NCBI GenBank assembly: GCA_965240325.2
Contig: OZ251237.1
Coordinates: 1,240,001-1,304,000, forward strand
Reading direction: 5' to 3'
Origin: Rebecca billardiae RCC1528
Taxonomy: Eukaryota > Protista > Haptophyta
DNA: 64,000 nt
Both the position numbers and the translations under genes were made by a program. Under the pieces are notes generated by a model. The model saw nothing but the letters and a program-made list of their open reading frames with translations, searched no databases and was not told the DNA's origin. Every line of letters starts with the position of its first letter. Position 1 is the stretch's first letter. Below are positions 43,901 to 53,618 of this stretch, piece by piece.

Positions 43901-45960
43901 TTTCGCTTTGGCCGCGCGCCGCGGCGCGCAGCTCTGAGCAAGCGCCGCACTCGGGCGCGAGCGCGAGCACCATCAACCTGAACAGCCTGCCGGGCGTGAC
44001 GCACGTGACGCACGACAACGCGCCCGCGACGCAGGGCGCCGAACGGCGCGGCAAGCGCCCCAGCGACGAGCCCCACCACCGCGCCACCGCGGGCGGCGGC
44101 GGCGGCAGCGCGAGCGGTGCCAACCCTGGCTCCCGGCGTGGCTCCCAGACGCCGCTGCCGCACACGCAGTCAATGAAGATGGACAAGGTCTTCATCTCGC
44201 CGTACGACACGGCGGTGGTCACGATCATCGACGACGACAAGCCGGGCACCTTCGACTTCGCCCGCGCGCACTACGTCGTGCAGGAGTCCGCGGACAAGGT
44301 CGTGCTGACCGTCGTGCGCACCGAGGGATCGGACGGTGACGTGATGGTCGGCTACCACACGCGCGAGGAGCCCGACTCGTCGTTCGCGCGGCCGGAGGGC
44401 TCGAACCTCTCCAAGGTGGCGTCGGACTACTACCGGCAGGTGAGGAAAGGCGACGGCTTCGTCAACTTCCGCGGCGGCGAGACCGAGGCGATGATCACCA
44501 TCCCGCTCAGCCACCCGACCGGCGCCGACCTGCTCGACAAGGGGCCGGTCTCCTTTGCCGTCGCGCTCTTCATCCCCGACCGGATCGACGGCTCGCCGCA
44601 GGGCGCGTTCCTCGGCGAGAACCGCGGCACGACGATCGTCACGATCACGAGCGACGAGCAGGTGCAGCAGCTCGTCTCGCAGGTTGCGACGGCGATGCAG
44701 TCGCAGGTGCGCGCGCGCGCGGCGCGCGCGCGAGGCCGCGGCCGTGGCGCCGCAGCGCCGGCCGCCCGCCGCGCCCGCTCGCTCGCGCGCCGCGCGCGCT
44801 CAGCCGCGCCGCGCGCCGCGCCACCCCCCGCCGCTCGGCAGCTCGCCGCGTTCACCGTCGAGTCCGACTCGTGGATGGAGCAGTTCAAGGAGGCCGTCCA
44901 GTTCGAGTACGAGCCGGAAGAGGGCTCGTTCGCGTTTGCGGCCGTCTTTTACGTGATCACGTTTGGCTGGAAGGTTGTCTTCTCGCTCGTGCCGCCCACC
45001 TCGCTCTACATGGGGTACCCGACGTTCATCTGCTCGCTGATCATGATCGGCGTGACCACCGGTGCGCGCCGCCGCCGCCGCCGCGCCCGCCGCGCCCGCC
45101 GCGCCCAGCGCCCGCTGCCGCGCCCGCCGCGCCCGCGCTCTCTCAGCCTCGGCCTCTCGCGCGCTCGCGCGCCGCGCGCCGCCGCCGCGTCGACGACAGC
45201 CGCCATCGGTGACATTGCGACCATGCTCGGCTGCGTGCTCGGCATCCCGGACGCGATCTCGGCCATCTCGATCGTCGCCCTCGGCACCTCGCTGCCGGAC
45301 TTCTTCGCGAGCAAGGTGGCCGCGGTCAACGACGAGCACGCCGACGCGTCCATCGGCAACGTGCGCGCCGCGCGACGCGCGCCGCGCAGACGCGCGCCCC
45401 GCGCGCTGCAGCGCGCGCGCCGCGCAGGCTGTGGCGCACGCCGCGCCGTTGCTCACGCACGCACCGCGCGCCGCGCGGGTGCACGCATGTCGCAGGTGAC
45501 CGGCTCGAACTCTGTCAACGTCTTCCTCGGGCTGGGCTTCCCATGGGTGCTCTCCGCCATCTATCACGCCGGTGCGCGCCGCGCGTGCATCCTCGCGCCA
45601 GCGCGTGCGCGTGCGCCTCACAGCCGCACACGCGGCCGACCTCGCGCGCGTGTTGGAGATGCACTCTCACATCTGGCGCGCTCGGCGGCCCCGCATGCGC
45701 TCCTCATCGGCGCAGCGCAAGGCACAACGTACGTGGTCTACCCGGGCACCCTCTCGTTCTCGGTCGGCATCTTCTCCGGCTGCGCACTGATCGCCCTCTC
45801 GGTGATCATGCTGCGCCGAAAGATTGCCGGCGGCGAGCTCGGCGGTCCGAAACGGCTCAAGAATTTCACGGGCGCGCTCTTCATCGGCCTGTGGTTCGTC
45901 TACATCATGCTGTCGGTCGCGCAAGCTGTCGGGGCATTCCCGGGCATTCCCCCGGTGTAG
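40940..45960 (+). CDS. NCX: Na+/Ca2+ exchanger (NCX/SLC8 type) with two Calx-beta domains; about 9 exons
   Basis: Signal peptide; alpha-1 [16 protein letters not shown] and [13 protein letters not shown]; Calx-beta motifs [15 protein letters not shown] and [10 protein letters not shown]; alpha-2 [24 protein letters not shown]. Introns at 41411-41873, 41977-42405, 42621-42793, 43789-43931, 44707-44841, 45062-45199, 45361-45495 and 45572-45715. Confidence 0.92.
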
Positions 45961-46852
45961 CTCGAGTGGCCCGCCACCCGGCGGCAGCGGCGACGGCGGT
46001 GCGCCATGCCCGCTGCGGGCGGCACCTGCTTCCCGCCGCCGTCGAGTACTTCCACCATCCCCGGGCCTGACGGCGCAGCGTTCTAGGTGTAGATGAACCA
46101 CAGGCCGAAGAAGAGCACGGCCGTGGCAACGTTGGCGAGTGAGAACCATTTGAACGACCGCGCACTTCTACCAGCGCGGACCAACATCAGAAGATCGATT
46201 CCGCCGTGATCTGATTCTGACGCCGCGTCGGACGTGACAGCGACGACGCAGCGCGCGGATGCGAGTCAGTCACAGGCAATGATCTGCGGCGCCCGATGAT
46301 ACCCTGATATTTAATCAATACGGGCGACGCGTGCTGGTGATCGTCATCGAGTAGTCGGTTATTTAGCTGGCCGGTCACCGGACGCGGACCACACGGCGGT
46401 CGGCACGGGACTCCCAGTCCGTCCGTCCCGGCCGGTGCCCGGTGAGACAGTGAGTATGACTATGAGTATGAATATTGAATGACTAATCAAAATCATCATC
46501 GGAGTGACTCAGTGTATGTACTATGTATGTAAGTAGTCAGTTATATATATATATATATATATATCTACTTTTATATTCATAAATAATTATTCAGCGGTAG
46601 TTAAAATTATTCGCAATATATCGGAATATCCGCGCGTATTATAATTATTCAGCGGACCGCGATGTGACTACCAGAACTACGCGTGTCTTAATTACGACGC
46701 GATGCCGATGGCGAATCGAGGCATGTGAGCTGGATCGTAGTTAGCAGTCATAAAGATTGACGATTGTAATTGAAAGAACTAAGTGCGGCCGCGGAGCGAC
46801 TGGCGCCGGTGCCCGCCATCAGGGCCAGCAGCACGGTGTCGCCGTCCGGTAC

Positions 46853-48331
46853 CTACTTCTTCTTCTTGCCCTTGCCGCCCTTGCCGCCCTTGCCGCCCTT
46901 CTTTCCCTTCTTCCCCTTCTTACCCGCGTTCTTGGCGGCCTGGCGCACCTGGAACCCGCGCCACGCTGCCTGGATCATGGTGGCAGCGTGCGTGTTGCGA
47001 GCCTCCTGCTGCGCGCGCACGCGCTCCGCCTCCGTCTGCAGCCGCGCCTCCTCCTCTTTGCGCTTCTTCTCCTCCATGTCCTTGTCGTACCGCTCCTTGA
47101 ACGCGTTCAGCTTCAGCAGGTCGTCCGCTCGCTGCGCGCTGAGCGTTTCCAGCTCGCGCTCGCGCTCGTTCAAGTGGTCGTCGTGCCGCTGCATCCACAT
47201 CTCGATGTCCTCCGCGAGCGAGTTTGCTTTTTGGCGCAGGAAGGCCTCCGACTCCTTATTCACACGCGTCTCGATCTCGAGCTGCTTGGTCAGCTTGAAG
47301 ATCTCGTCGGCGATCTCGCGCTCGCGCTGCGTGTACACGCGCGTCATCGACTCGCCGCGTGCCCGCGCCTCCTTTTTCAAGTACTGTGGGCGTTGCCAAA
47401 AGCGCGGCGCGCAACGGCGCACCGTCCGCAGCAGCGCGTCAGTCAAGTGGCCGCACGTCGCGCGGGCGCGCGCGGTGCGCCGCGCAGCGGCGCACCTGCG
47501 TCTCGATCGACGTCTTCGTGCGCAGATCTGCGAGCTCCTCCTTGAGCTTGGTGATGATCTCCGTTCTGCGCGTGCGCGCGCCGAGCACGAGTCAGCGCTC
47601 GCGAGGGGAGGGCCCGCCACGTGCAGCCAGGCGGGCACAGCGGCCGCCGCCTCGGCCAGCCGCGGGGGCTCGCGGACTGACGACGTGGGACGGCGTCGCG
47701 GCTCGCACCTCTCGTCAATGTCCGCCTCGTGCTGCGCGCGCTCCGCGGCGAGCTGCTCCTGCAGGTTCTTGACGGACGCGCTCACCTTCTTCTCGTTCGA
47801 AATCACCTCGAGCAGCATGTCTGTCCTCATCTTCTCCTCCTCGACGGTGGTGGTGAGCGTGGAGAAGGACGACTCGCGCAGCTCGCGCAGCGTCTTCGAG
47901 AGCAGGTTCTGCAGGTTTGAGCGCTCCGTCTGAATCTTCGAGAGATTCTCGGCGATGTTCGGGTTGCCCTTGAGGTTACGTGTCAGCTCCTTGGTCGACT
48001 CGCGCAGCGCGCGCGCGACCTCTTTGATCTGCTCCTGGTTGTCGTGGAACTTGGCTTTGTTTGACTGCGCCTTGAGCGCGTTCCGCTGCGCCACCAGCTG
48101 CTCGTACTGCGTCTCGAGCGAGCGCTGCTCCTGGATGATCCGCGTGATCTCGTCGCCGACGATCTGCGACAGCTCGTCGCGGTGCGCCATCACGTCGGGC
48201 GTGATTGACGCGAGGAAGGAGAGCTTCTCGAGCGCCTCCTCGATGATCGAGGAGATGCGAGCCGCATCAATCGTCGTGAGCTGCGAGGCGCCTAGCCGCG
48301 CGTCGACCACGCCGCCGCCGGAGCGCATCAT
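46853..48331 (-). CDS. DRC9: dynein regulatory complex protein 9 / IQCG-like; introns 47566-47708 and 47384-47495
   Basis: Coiled coil with LRESTKELTRNLKGNPNIAENLSKIQ, C-terminal IQ motif AATMIQAAWRG and a Lys/Gly tail. Confidence 0.75.
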   Translation of the reverse strand: MMRSGGGVVDARLGASQLTTIDAARISSIIEEALEKLSFLASITPDVMAHRDELSQIVGDEITRIIQEQRSLETQYEQLVAQRNALKAQSNKAKFHDNQEQIKEVARALRESTKELTRNLKGNPNIAENLSKIQTERSNLQNLLSKTLRELRESSFSTLTTTVEEEKMRTDMLLEVISNEKKVSASVKNLQEQLAAERAQHEADIDERCEPRRRPTSSVREPPRLAEAAAAVPAWLHVAGPPLASADSCSARARAERRSSPSSRRSSQICARRRRSRRRCAAARRTARARATCGHLTDALLRTVRRCAPRFWQRPQYLKKEARARGESMTRVYTQREREIADEIFKLTKQLEIETRVNKESEAFLRQKANSLAEDIEMWMQRHDDHLNERERELETLSAQRADDLLKLNAFKERYDKDMEEKKRKEEEARLQTEAERVRAQQEARNTHAATMIQAAWRGFQVRQAAKNAGKKGKKGKKGGKGGKGGKGKKKK

Positions 48332-48557
48332 GCTCACCGGAGCGCACGGGCCGCCGCCACCCTGCAACTCGTCCAGTGAAACCGCCCGGGCCGGGCTTCC
48401 GGCTTTCCTGCCAAAGCCAACCGCCGGATTTTTTGGACGACGGTCCGGTGCCGGCCCGGTGCGGCCCGACTCCTGGTGCTGGCAGGCTGGCACACCACGC
48501 CGGACTCGCTGTGGATCAATTATGATCACTGTTACAGGATCCTAAAGTCCATGGCAG

Positions 48558-49445
48558 TCAGCTGCCCACGAGGATGCCGTCACCGAGGCCCTCGGCGTTG
48601 GTGTACACGCCCGTCACGTCCTCGAGCTGCGCGAGCGCGCTCACAAACGCCGCGGTCGCGTCGAGCGTCCCGTCGTCCTCCACCTCGAGCCGTGCGGTCG
48701 GTTCGAAACCCGTGCGCACGTGCAAGCCGTCGGCCACGTCGTCGAGGCCCGCGTCGCGGACGATCGTGACGAGCTGGGGCACGAGCCGGTTCGCGCGCTG
48801 CTCCGCGTCCTCCCCTCGGCAGAGCACGCGCACGGCGCCCTCCGACTCGCCGCCCGGCTCCAGCAGGTCATCGCACGGCAGCTCGATCGCAGCCGCCTCC
48901 ACGGCCTCGCGCACGCTCGCCGGGGCCGACGCGAGGGCCACGTCGATGCAGCTCAGGCGTTCGAACGCCCAGAGCGACGACGCGAGCGTGCCCACGCTCT
49001 GCTTGTTGATGACGCGGCGGACCGACTGCAGCAGCGCCGTCCGATTCGTCGTGACTCCTCGCACGACCAGCAGCACGCCGCCGGCCGCCGAGCATTCGAC
49101 GAGCACCTCCTCCTCAGCGATGTCCTCCGCCGAGCCAGACGCGAGGGCCTTCTCGATCACTTGGCGTGGCGTGCCGTCACGCTTTGCGGCGTCCACCGCG
49201 CGCGTGATCCGTGCGTCGTCGCCGACTCGAATGGCCGAACGGATGTGGGCCGCGTGCCGTGCGATGAGCGCGCGCTTCCGCGCCTCGTTCGCCGCGCGCT
49301 TCTTCACCTCAGGCGCAGCGTGCGAGCGCGCAGAGCGCCAACCCGCGGCAGGTGGCGCTGACCACTTGACAAGAGCGGATGATGGCCCACGCACTCCCCT
49401 TGTGAACGCTCCCAGCAAGGATGCGCCTCTCGCCGCAGACGCCAT
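48558..49445 (-). CDS. YebC/PmpR/TACO1 family protein, likely organelle-targeted
   Basis: Transit-like N-terminus; AAKRDGTPRQVIEKAL, EEVLVE..AAGGVLLVV..TTNR, WAFER, LEDVTGVYTN. Confidence 0.75.
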   Translation of the reverse strand: MASAARGASLLGAFTRGVRGPSSALVKWSAPPAAGWRSARSHAAPEVKKRAANEARKRALIARHAAHIRSAIRVGDDARITRAVDAAKRDGTPRQVIEKALASGSAEDIAEEEVLVECSAAGGVLLVVRGVTTNRTALLQSVRRVINKQSVGTLASSLWAFERLSCIDVALASAPASVREAVEAAAIELPCDDLLEPGGESEGAVRVLCRGEDAEQRANRLVPQLVTIVRDAGLDDVADGLHVRTGFEPTARLEVEDDGTLDATAAFVSALAQLEDVTGVYTNAEGLGDGILVGS

Positions 49446-49552
49446 CGTGCCGGTACATCTGGCGATCGAGAGCTCAGTCAAAATCCCAATTGGCAATTAT
49501 TGGCTGTGTGCAGTGTGAGCAAGGGGTCTTACGTGTACATGGCGACGCTCGC

Positions 49553-50338
49553 ATGGACGACCTCGACGTGACTGCGCTGCTGCCCGAGGGGCTGTCGGAT
49601 CGTTGGGTGCGCCTCTACGTCCGCCTTTGGCGTGACGCAGCAAGGCTCACCGCCGCCGACGGCCTCCCGCGCGCGGTGCACATCTCCCTCCTGCCAGATG
49701 GGAGTGTCCGTCTGACGGTGTCTGTGCGTCCGCCTGATGCACAAGGGCCTGATGCTTCTCCACAGGGAACCCCCGCTGGTGGCAGCCAGCGGCGCGAGGG
49801 AGGTGGTGGCGCGCCTTCTAAAGCTCCCCTGCATCCCGCCCCGCGCCGAGCGCGCAAGTCGGCTCCGCCGGCGCGCGCGCTCGCCGCGCAGGGCTCGGGT
49901 ACTGGAGTGCAGGCTGCAAACGGCGAGCAGCAGCACTCTCAGAAGCGGAAGAAGAAGCCTCGGCGCGGGAAGCGCGGGCCTCGGCGTGACGCGCAAGGCA
50001 GGCGGATTCGATCTCCATCGAGCCGCCGCACCTCGTCGCGGCGCGCCGTCGAGAAACGCCAGGAGCGCAAGGCGGCGCGGCTGGCGGCCTCTCTGCCCGC
50101 AGCACCCGCGCCTGCTCCAGCTGCTGTCCCCCACGCGGACCGAGACTCGTCCATGGACGACGACTCGGACGACGAGGATGCGCAGCAGTCGGGGGCAAAG
50201 CGTACCCTGCACGCCGCAGCAGCGCCAGCCGCCGCCAGCAAGCCAGCTGAGCAGAGCGGCAAGCGCGCACGCGGCCGCGCAGGGCACACGGGGACGACTA
50301 CATCACCGCCGGATCACCCGCCAGGGCCCAGCGGCTGA
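49553..50338 (+). CDS. element-borne orphan ORF (261 aa): short globular-looking N-terminus plus K/R-rich low-complexity region
   Basis: Intronless ORF with NLS-like KRKKKPRRGKRG; its 3' end is shared with the copy at 39980-40335. Confidence 0.5.
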   Translation: MDDLDVTALLPEGLSDRWVRLYVRLWRDAARLTAADGLPRAVHISLLPDGSVRLTVSVRPPDAQGPDASPQGTPAGGSQRREGGGGAPSKAPLHPAPRRARKSAPPARALAAQGSGTGVQAANGEQQHSQKRKKKPRRGKRGPRRDAQGRRIRSPSSRRTSSRRAVEKRQERKAARLAASLPAAPAPAPAAVPHADRDSSMDDDSDDEDAQQSGAKRTLHAAAAPAAASKPAEQSGKRARGRAGHTGTTTSPPDHPPGPSG

Positions 50339-50593
50339 GACGGCCGTCTGACATCCGGACCTGCACCCTCGCCCTCGCTCGGGGCACAGCAGGTCCATGC
50401 GAGCCGCGCAGCGCAGGTGGATCGCGCTCCAGCAGCTCAAGGCCGCGCTCAAGCCATTCGATCGCGGTTCAGGCTATGCTCTGCCACCAGCGCCGACTTC
50501 GTGTCGACGATCGGGCACTGCCGACGACGAATCAGGAGACCTGCGCCGTCCTACCTGTGTCGTTAAATCATAGAATGAGTGCGAGCTCGGTCC

Positions 50594-50751
50594 CATGTTC
50601 TGTACGCCGCGGTTCTGAAGTCCGGTGATTTCGCAGGCTTCAGCGGTGATTTTCTAGCCGAAACGCCTATTCTGAACGATCTCCGGACAAAAAGCCACTG
50701 TGACCAGGCTTCCAAAACACCGGACTCTGGAACCGCGGCGTACAGAACATG
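50594..50751. mobile_element. 158-bp MITE nested in the P-like element
   Basis: Perfect 22-bp TIR CATGTTCTGTACGCCGCGGTTC flanked by the direct repeat GGTCC (50589-50593, 50752-50756). Confidence 0.7.
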
Positions 50752-51126
50752 GGTCCACTTGCCTTCCTCCCCAGTGGGTTTTTAAAGACTCCTTGGTGTG
50801 AGGCGGTGTAGTCTGCACAGCCTCTCAACAGCCGGTGCTCTGCCACCAAGTAAGCTAGGTACCAACCGTCGTGGCGTAACGGACTGGCGTAGTCCAGTGA
50901 CGCCGACTTGTTGACGATCAGTACAGAAAGCAGTGTGCTGAAGCCTATCATAAGGAGCCATGCAGTGTGCTGTAAAGTACAAGTGTAGGTGGCGAGTCGC
51001 AGGCTTCGAGTCGGCGCATAACTACTCGGCGCACGGCACGAGTACGTACGGCAGCAGCACGAGTACGGCAGAGAGTCGGCCGTGCGAGACTAGGAGGAGG
51101 GGGGGATGCGCGAGCTCGGCGCAGGC

Positions 51127-51813
51127 CTAGGCGCTCAGCAGCTCTTCCGCGCGGCGCGCCATCGATGCCTTGAGCGCGCCTGACACCGCCCGGTCGCCCA
51201 GGTACATCGCCAGTAGGCCAGAGGCAAGCGGCTCATCAGAGATTGTGCAGAAGGTGGTGGTCTTGCTCTTCACCTTGACCACGCCCTTCTTGGGCCAGTT
51301 GAGCATGAGCTGGTCGCCCTTCTTGAGATCGCCGTTCTTCGTGATGCACGCGCCCAGCTCGTCCTTCACGGACTGCTTCGCGCCGGGCACGGCCATCAGT
51401 GCCTCGGCAACCTTCGAGACGCCCACGTCCCGCGCAAAGGCTAGGATCACGGCCTTGGATCCTTTGTGGTTCTCGATGGCCTTGAAAAAGGCGGCATTTT
51501 TCGTGAGCTGGCTCGCCGTCTTGCCCTCGAAGGCCTTGAGGGACTTTCGCACGTCCGCAGGCAAGTAGAAGCCAGCTGAGTACACATTCACAACCACCTT
51601 TGTCCTCACGCCGATGCCTAGCAGCTCGAGCGAGGTTCCCGAGATCGTGATCTCGTTGGACAGCTCGATGCCTGTCGCCGGATCAGTCGACATGAGGCCG
51701 CGCTCGCCCGTCTGCCCTTCCGCCTTCTTCATCTGATCGACGTACAGCCCGTAGTACGACAGCCCCATCAGGACCGCCCCCATGATCGCATTGCTATAGT
51801 TGCGCGTCGCCAT
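51127..51813 (-). CDS. chalcone-isomerase-fold (fatty-acid-binding-like) protein
   Basis: DPATGI..LLGIGVRTK..VNVYSAGFY, LKKGDQL, LLAMYLGDRAVS; N-terminal hydrophobic segment. Confidence 0.8.
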   Translation of the reverse strand: MATRNYSNAIMGAVLMGLSYYGLYVDQMKKAEGQTGERGLMSTDPATGIELSNEITISGTSLELLGIGVRTKVVVNVYSAGFYLPADVRKSLKAFEGKTASQLTKNAAFFKAIENHKGSKAVILAFARDVGVSKVAEALMAVPGAKQSVKDELGACITKNGDLKKGDQLMLNWPKKGVVKVKSKTTTFCTISDEPLASGLLAMYLGDRAVSGALKASMARRAEELLSA

Positions 51814-51929
51814 CGTCGTTCTCGTCGGCCCCCGCGCCCGCCCGCGCGAATACAATTGGCTGGCCGGACCGGTCAGATATGACCCGGACTCTCGCGAAGT
51901 TGGAGATCTCCTTCACAGGCGCAACCGAG

Positions 51930-53300
51930 ATGGCGGCGCCGGTGCCACACGGCGGCGCCTCCGGTGGGCACGCGGCGGCGGCCTCGCCCGAGCGCAGTGA
52001 CGCCCTCAATGGGCACGCGGCGGTGGCCTCGCCCGTGGGCAGCGACACTCCCACCGGCAGCTGGCGGCCAATACCTGTGGACGTCGATGACGGCGGCGAC
52101 TTGTCTGATCGCGGCAGCCCGCGCGGCAGCCCGCTGCGCCGAGAGACAAGCCTTCGCTCGCGCTCGATCGCGACGCAGCGAGTGGCCCTGCTCGTGGGCG
52201 TGCTGTGCGGCGGCTGCATCTGCTTCGCGCTGAGCGCGATCACGCTCGTCGGGCTGATCGCGCTCAAGCCCCTGCCAGACGTACTCCCGGGCGGCCTCGC
52301 GCCCCTGTACGAGGTCGCGACGGGCTTCGCCTGGGCTGAGAACCTCGTGTGCGCGCGCCGGAACGACACGCTGCACGGGTCGACGGCAGCGTCCCTCTTC
52401 GTGACCGACAACCACCGCGGCGACCTCATGCGCATCGACTGGCGGCAGCACGGGGCGGTGGGGCACTACTCGCTGCCGAAGCGGCACCCGGCCTCGAACG
52501 ATTTCGAGCTGATGGCTGGCATCACGGTGAACGCGCGCACGGGTCAGCTCTTCGTGCTGGGCAACCGGCGGCGGGGACACGGCGACTCTGGCTGCGTGCT
52601 CATCGACGTCGACGCGTTCGCCAACCGCTCGCTCCCGGCGGCGGAGACGTACACCGTCGCCGCGCGCCTCGACCGCTGGTGCATCGGCGACGGCCTCGCG
52701 CTGCACGAGGCGACCGGCCTGCTGTACGCCGCGAACCAGGGCTCGTTCGTCCCGCGCAACGGCGTCGTGTACGAGATCGACGTGCAGCGGGGCAAGGCGG
52801 CGCCGCTGCTGACGGGCGCCTTCGGCACGGACGGCATCTTTGTCGACCAGGCGCGCGGGCTGCTGTACGTGAGCGAGACGCTGAGCATCTCGCACTCCAT
52901 CCTCGTCTACGATCTGATCGCGCGAGAGATGGTCGGCCGCATCCACCCGCGCGGCGTCTCGACGCTAGACGACTTCACGCTCAGCGCCGACGGCCACACC
53001 ATCCTCGCCGCCGACTTCCTGGGCAACTCGGGCGTGAGCTTCGACACGGGCGTGACGCGCCGGCGCCGGTGGCGGCGTCATCTCCCCGAGAACGTCTTTG
53101 CGCTCGTCTCGGGCGTGACAGAGCCCACCTCGATCCGACGCGGCTGCTCGGACGACCGCAAGAGCGGCTTCCATGAAGAACTCTTCTTCATCTCCGAGGG
53201 CGGCGGGCTCTCGGATAAGTCCACCGACCGGCGGGTGCTCGCATTTGCGATGCGTGATGCGCAGGGTTTGGACGCAGGCGCTGATCGGAGCAGCAGATAG
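51930..53300 (+). CDS. membrane-anchored SMP-30/gluconolactonase-like beta-propeller protein
   Basis: TM helix followed by WAENL, GDGLAL..LLYAAN, TDGIFVD..LLYVSE, LDDFTLSADG, PTSIR. Confidence 0.7.
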   Translation: MAAPVPHGGASGGHAAAASPERSDALNGHAAVASPVGSDTPTGSWRPIPVDVDDGGDLSDRGSPRGSPLRRETSLRSRSIATQRVALLVGVLCGGCICFALSAITLVGLIALKPLPDVLPGGLAPLYEVATGFAWAENLVCARRNDTLHGSTAASLFVTDNHRGDLMRIDWRQHGAVGHYSLPKRHPASNDFELMAGITVNARTGQLFVLGNRRRGHGDSGCVLIDVDAFANRSLPAAETYTVAARLDRWCIGDGLALHEATGLLYAANQGSFVPRNGVVYEIDVQRGKAAPLLTGAFGTDGIFVDQARGLLYVSETLSISHSILVYDLIAREMVGRIHPRGVSTLDDFTLSADGHTILAADFLGNSGVSFDTGVTRRRRWRRHLPENVFALVSGVTEPTSIRRGCSDDRKSGFHEELFFISEGGGLSDKSTDRRVLAFAMRDAQGLDAGADRSSR

Positions 53301-53413
53301 CGCAGGCATCCAGCATCGCACGCTGGCGGCATCATCTCGCCAACATTATTCATCATGATTATATTCAAGTCGTGATTTCAACAAGCCGCTGATGGATGGT
53401 ACCAAGCTATACC

Positions 53414-53457
53414 CATTCTATGATTTAACGACACAGGTAGGACAGTCTCAGCTGCGG
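53414..53457 (-). mobile_element. 44-bp internally deleted remnant of the same fixed-end family
   Basis: CATTCTATGATTTAACGACACAGGTAGGAC joined to AGTCTCAGCTGCGG; these pieces lie ~200 bp apart in the longer copies. Confidence 0.65.
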
Positions 53458-53618
53458 CATGATTATTATTTATTTGTGAATTGTGCGGACGACTGTCGAC
53501 TCGACGAGCCTTCAACTCAGCAGTCGTACTCTTGAGCAGAGCAGTATATTTTAGCTGCCAGTGCGCGCCAGCAACGTACGCAGCCCTCGCGCGGGCCGGC
53601 GGCCGCGCGCGAACTCGG

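Larger units (their letters stand above)
49520..50795. mobile_element. P-element-like non-autonomous DNA transposon (1276 bp) carrying nested cargo
   Basis: Imperfect 11-bp TIR CAAGGGGTCTT / AAGACTCCTTG; exact 7-bp TSD GTGTGAG (49513-49519, 50796-50802); CA..TG termini. Confidence 0.8.

Noticed and set aside
43648-45960. Apparent excess of in-frame (3n), stop-free introns
   Set aside because: Four consecutive NCX introns are 3n, but across the introns I delimited only about 40% are, close to chance, and high GC explains the lack of stops.
50397-50573. 58-aa ORF shared by two element copies
   Set aside because: Differences between the copies are mostly non-synonymous, so there is no sign of coding constraint.
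50330-50580. Hammerhead/HDV ribozyme or spliced-leader RNA in the element tail
   Set aside because: No CUGANGA/GAAA core or HDV topology could be fitted; CAG|GTAGG on the opposite strand alone is insufficient.
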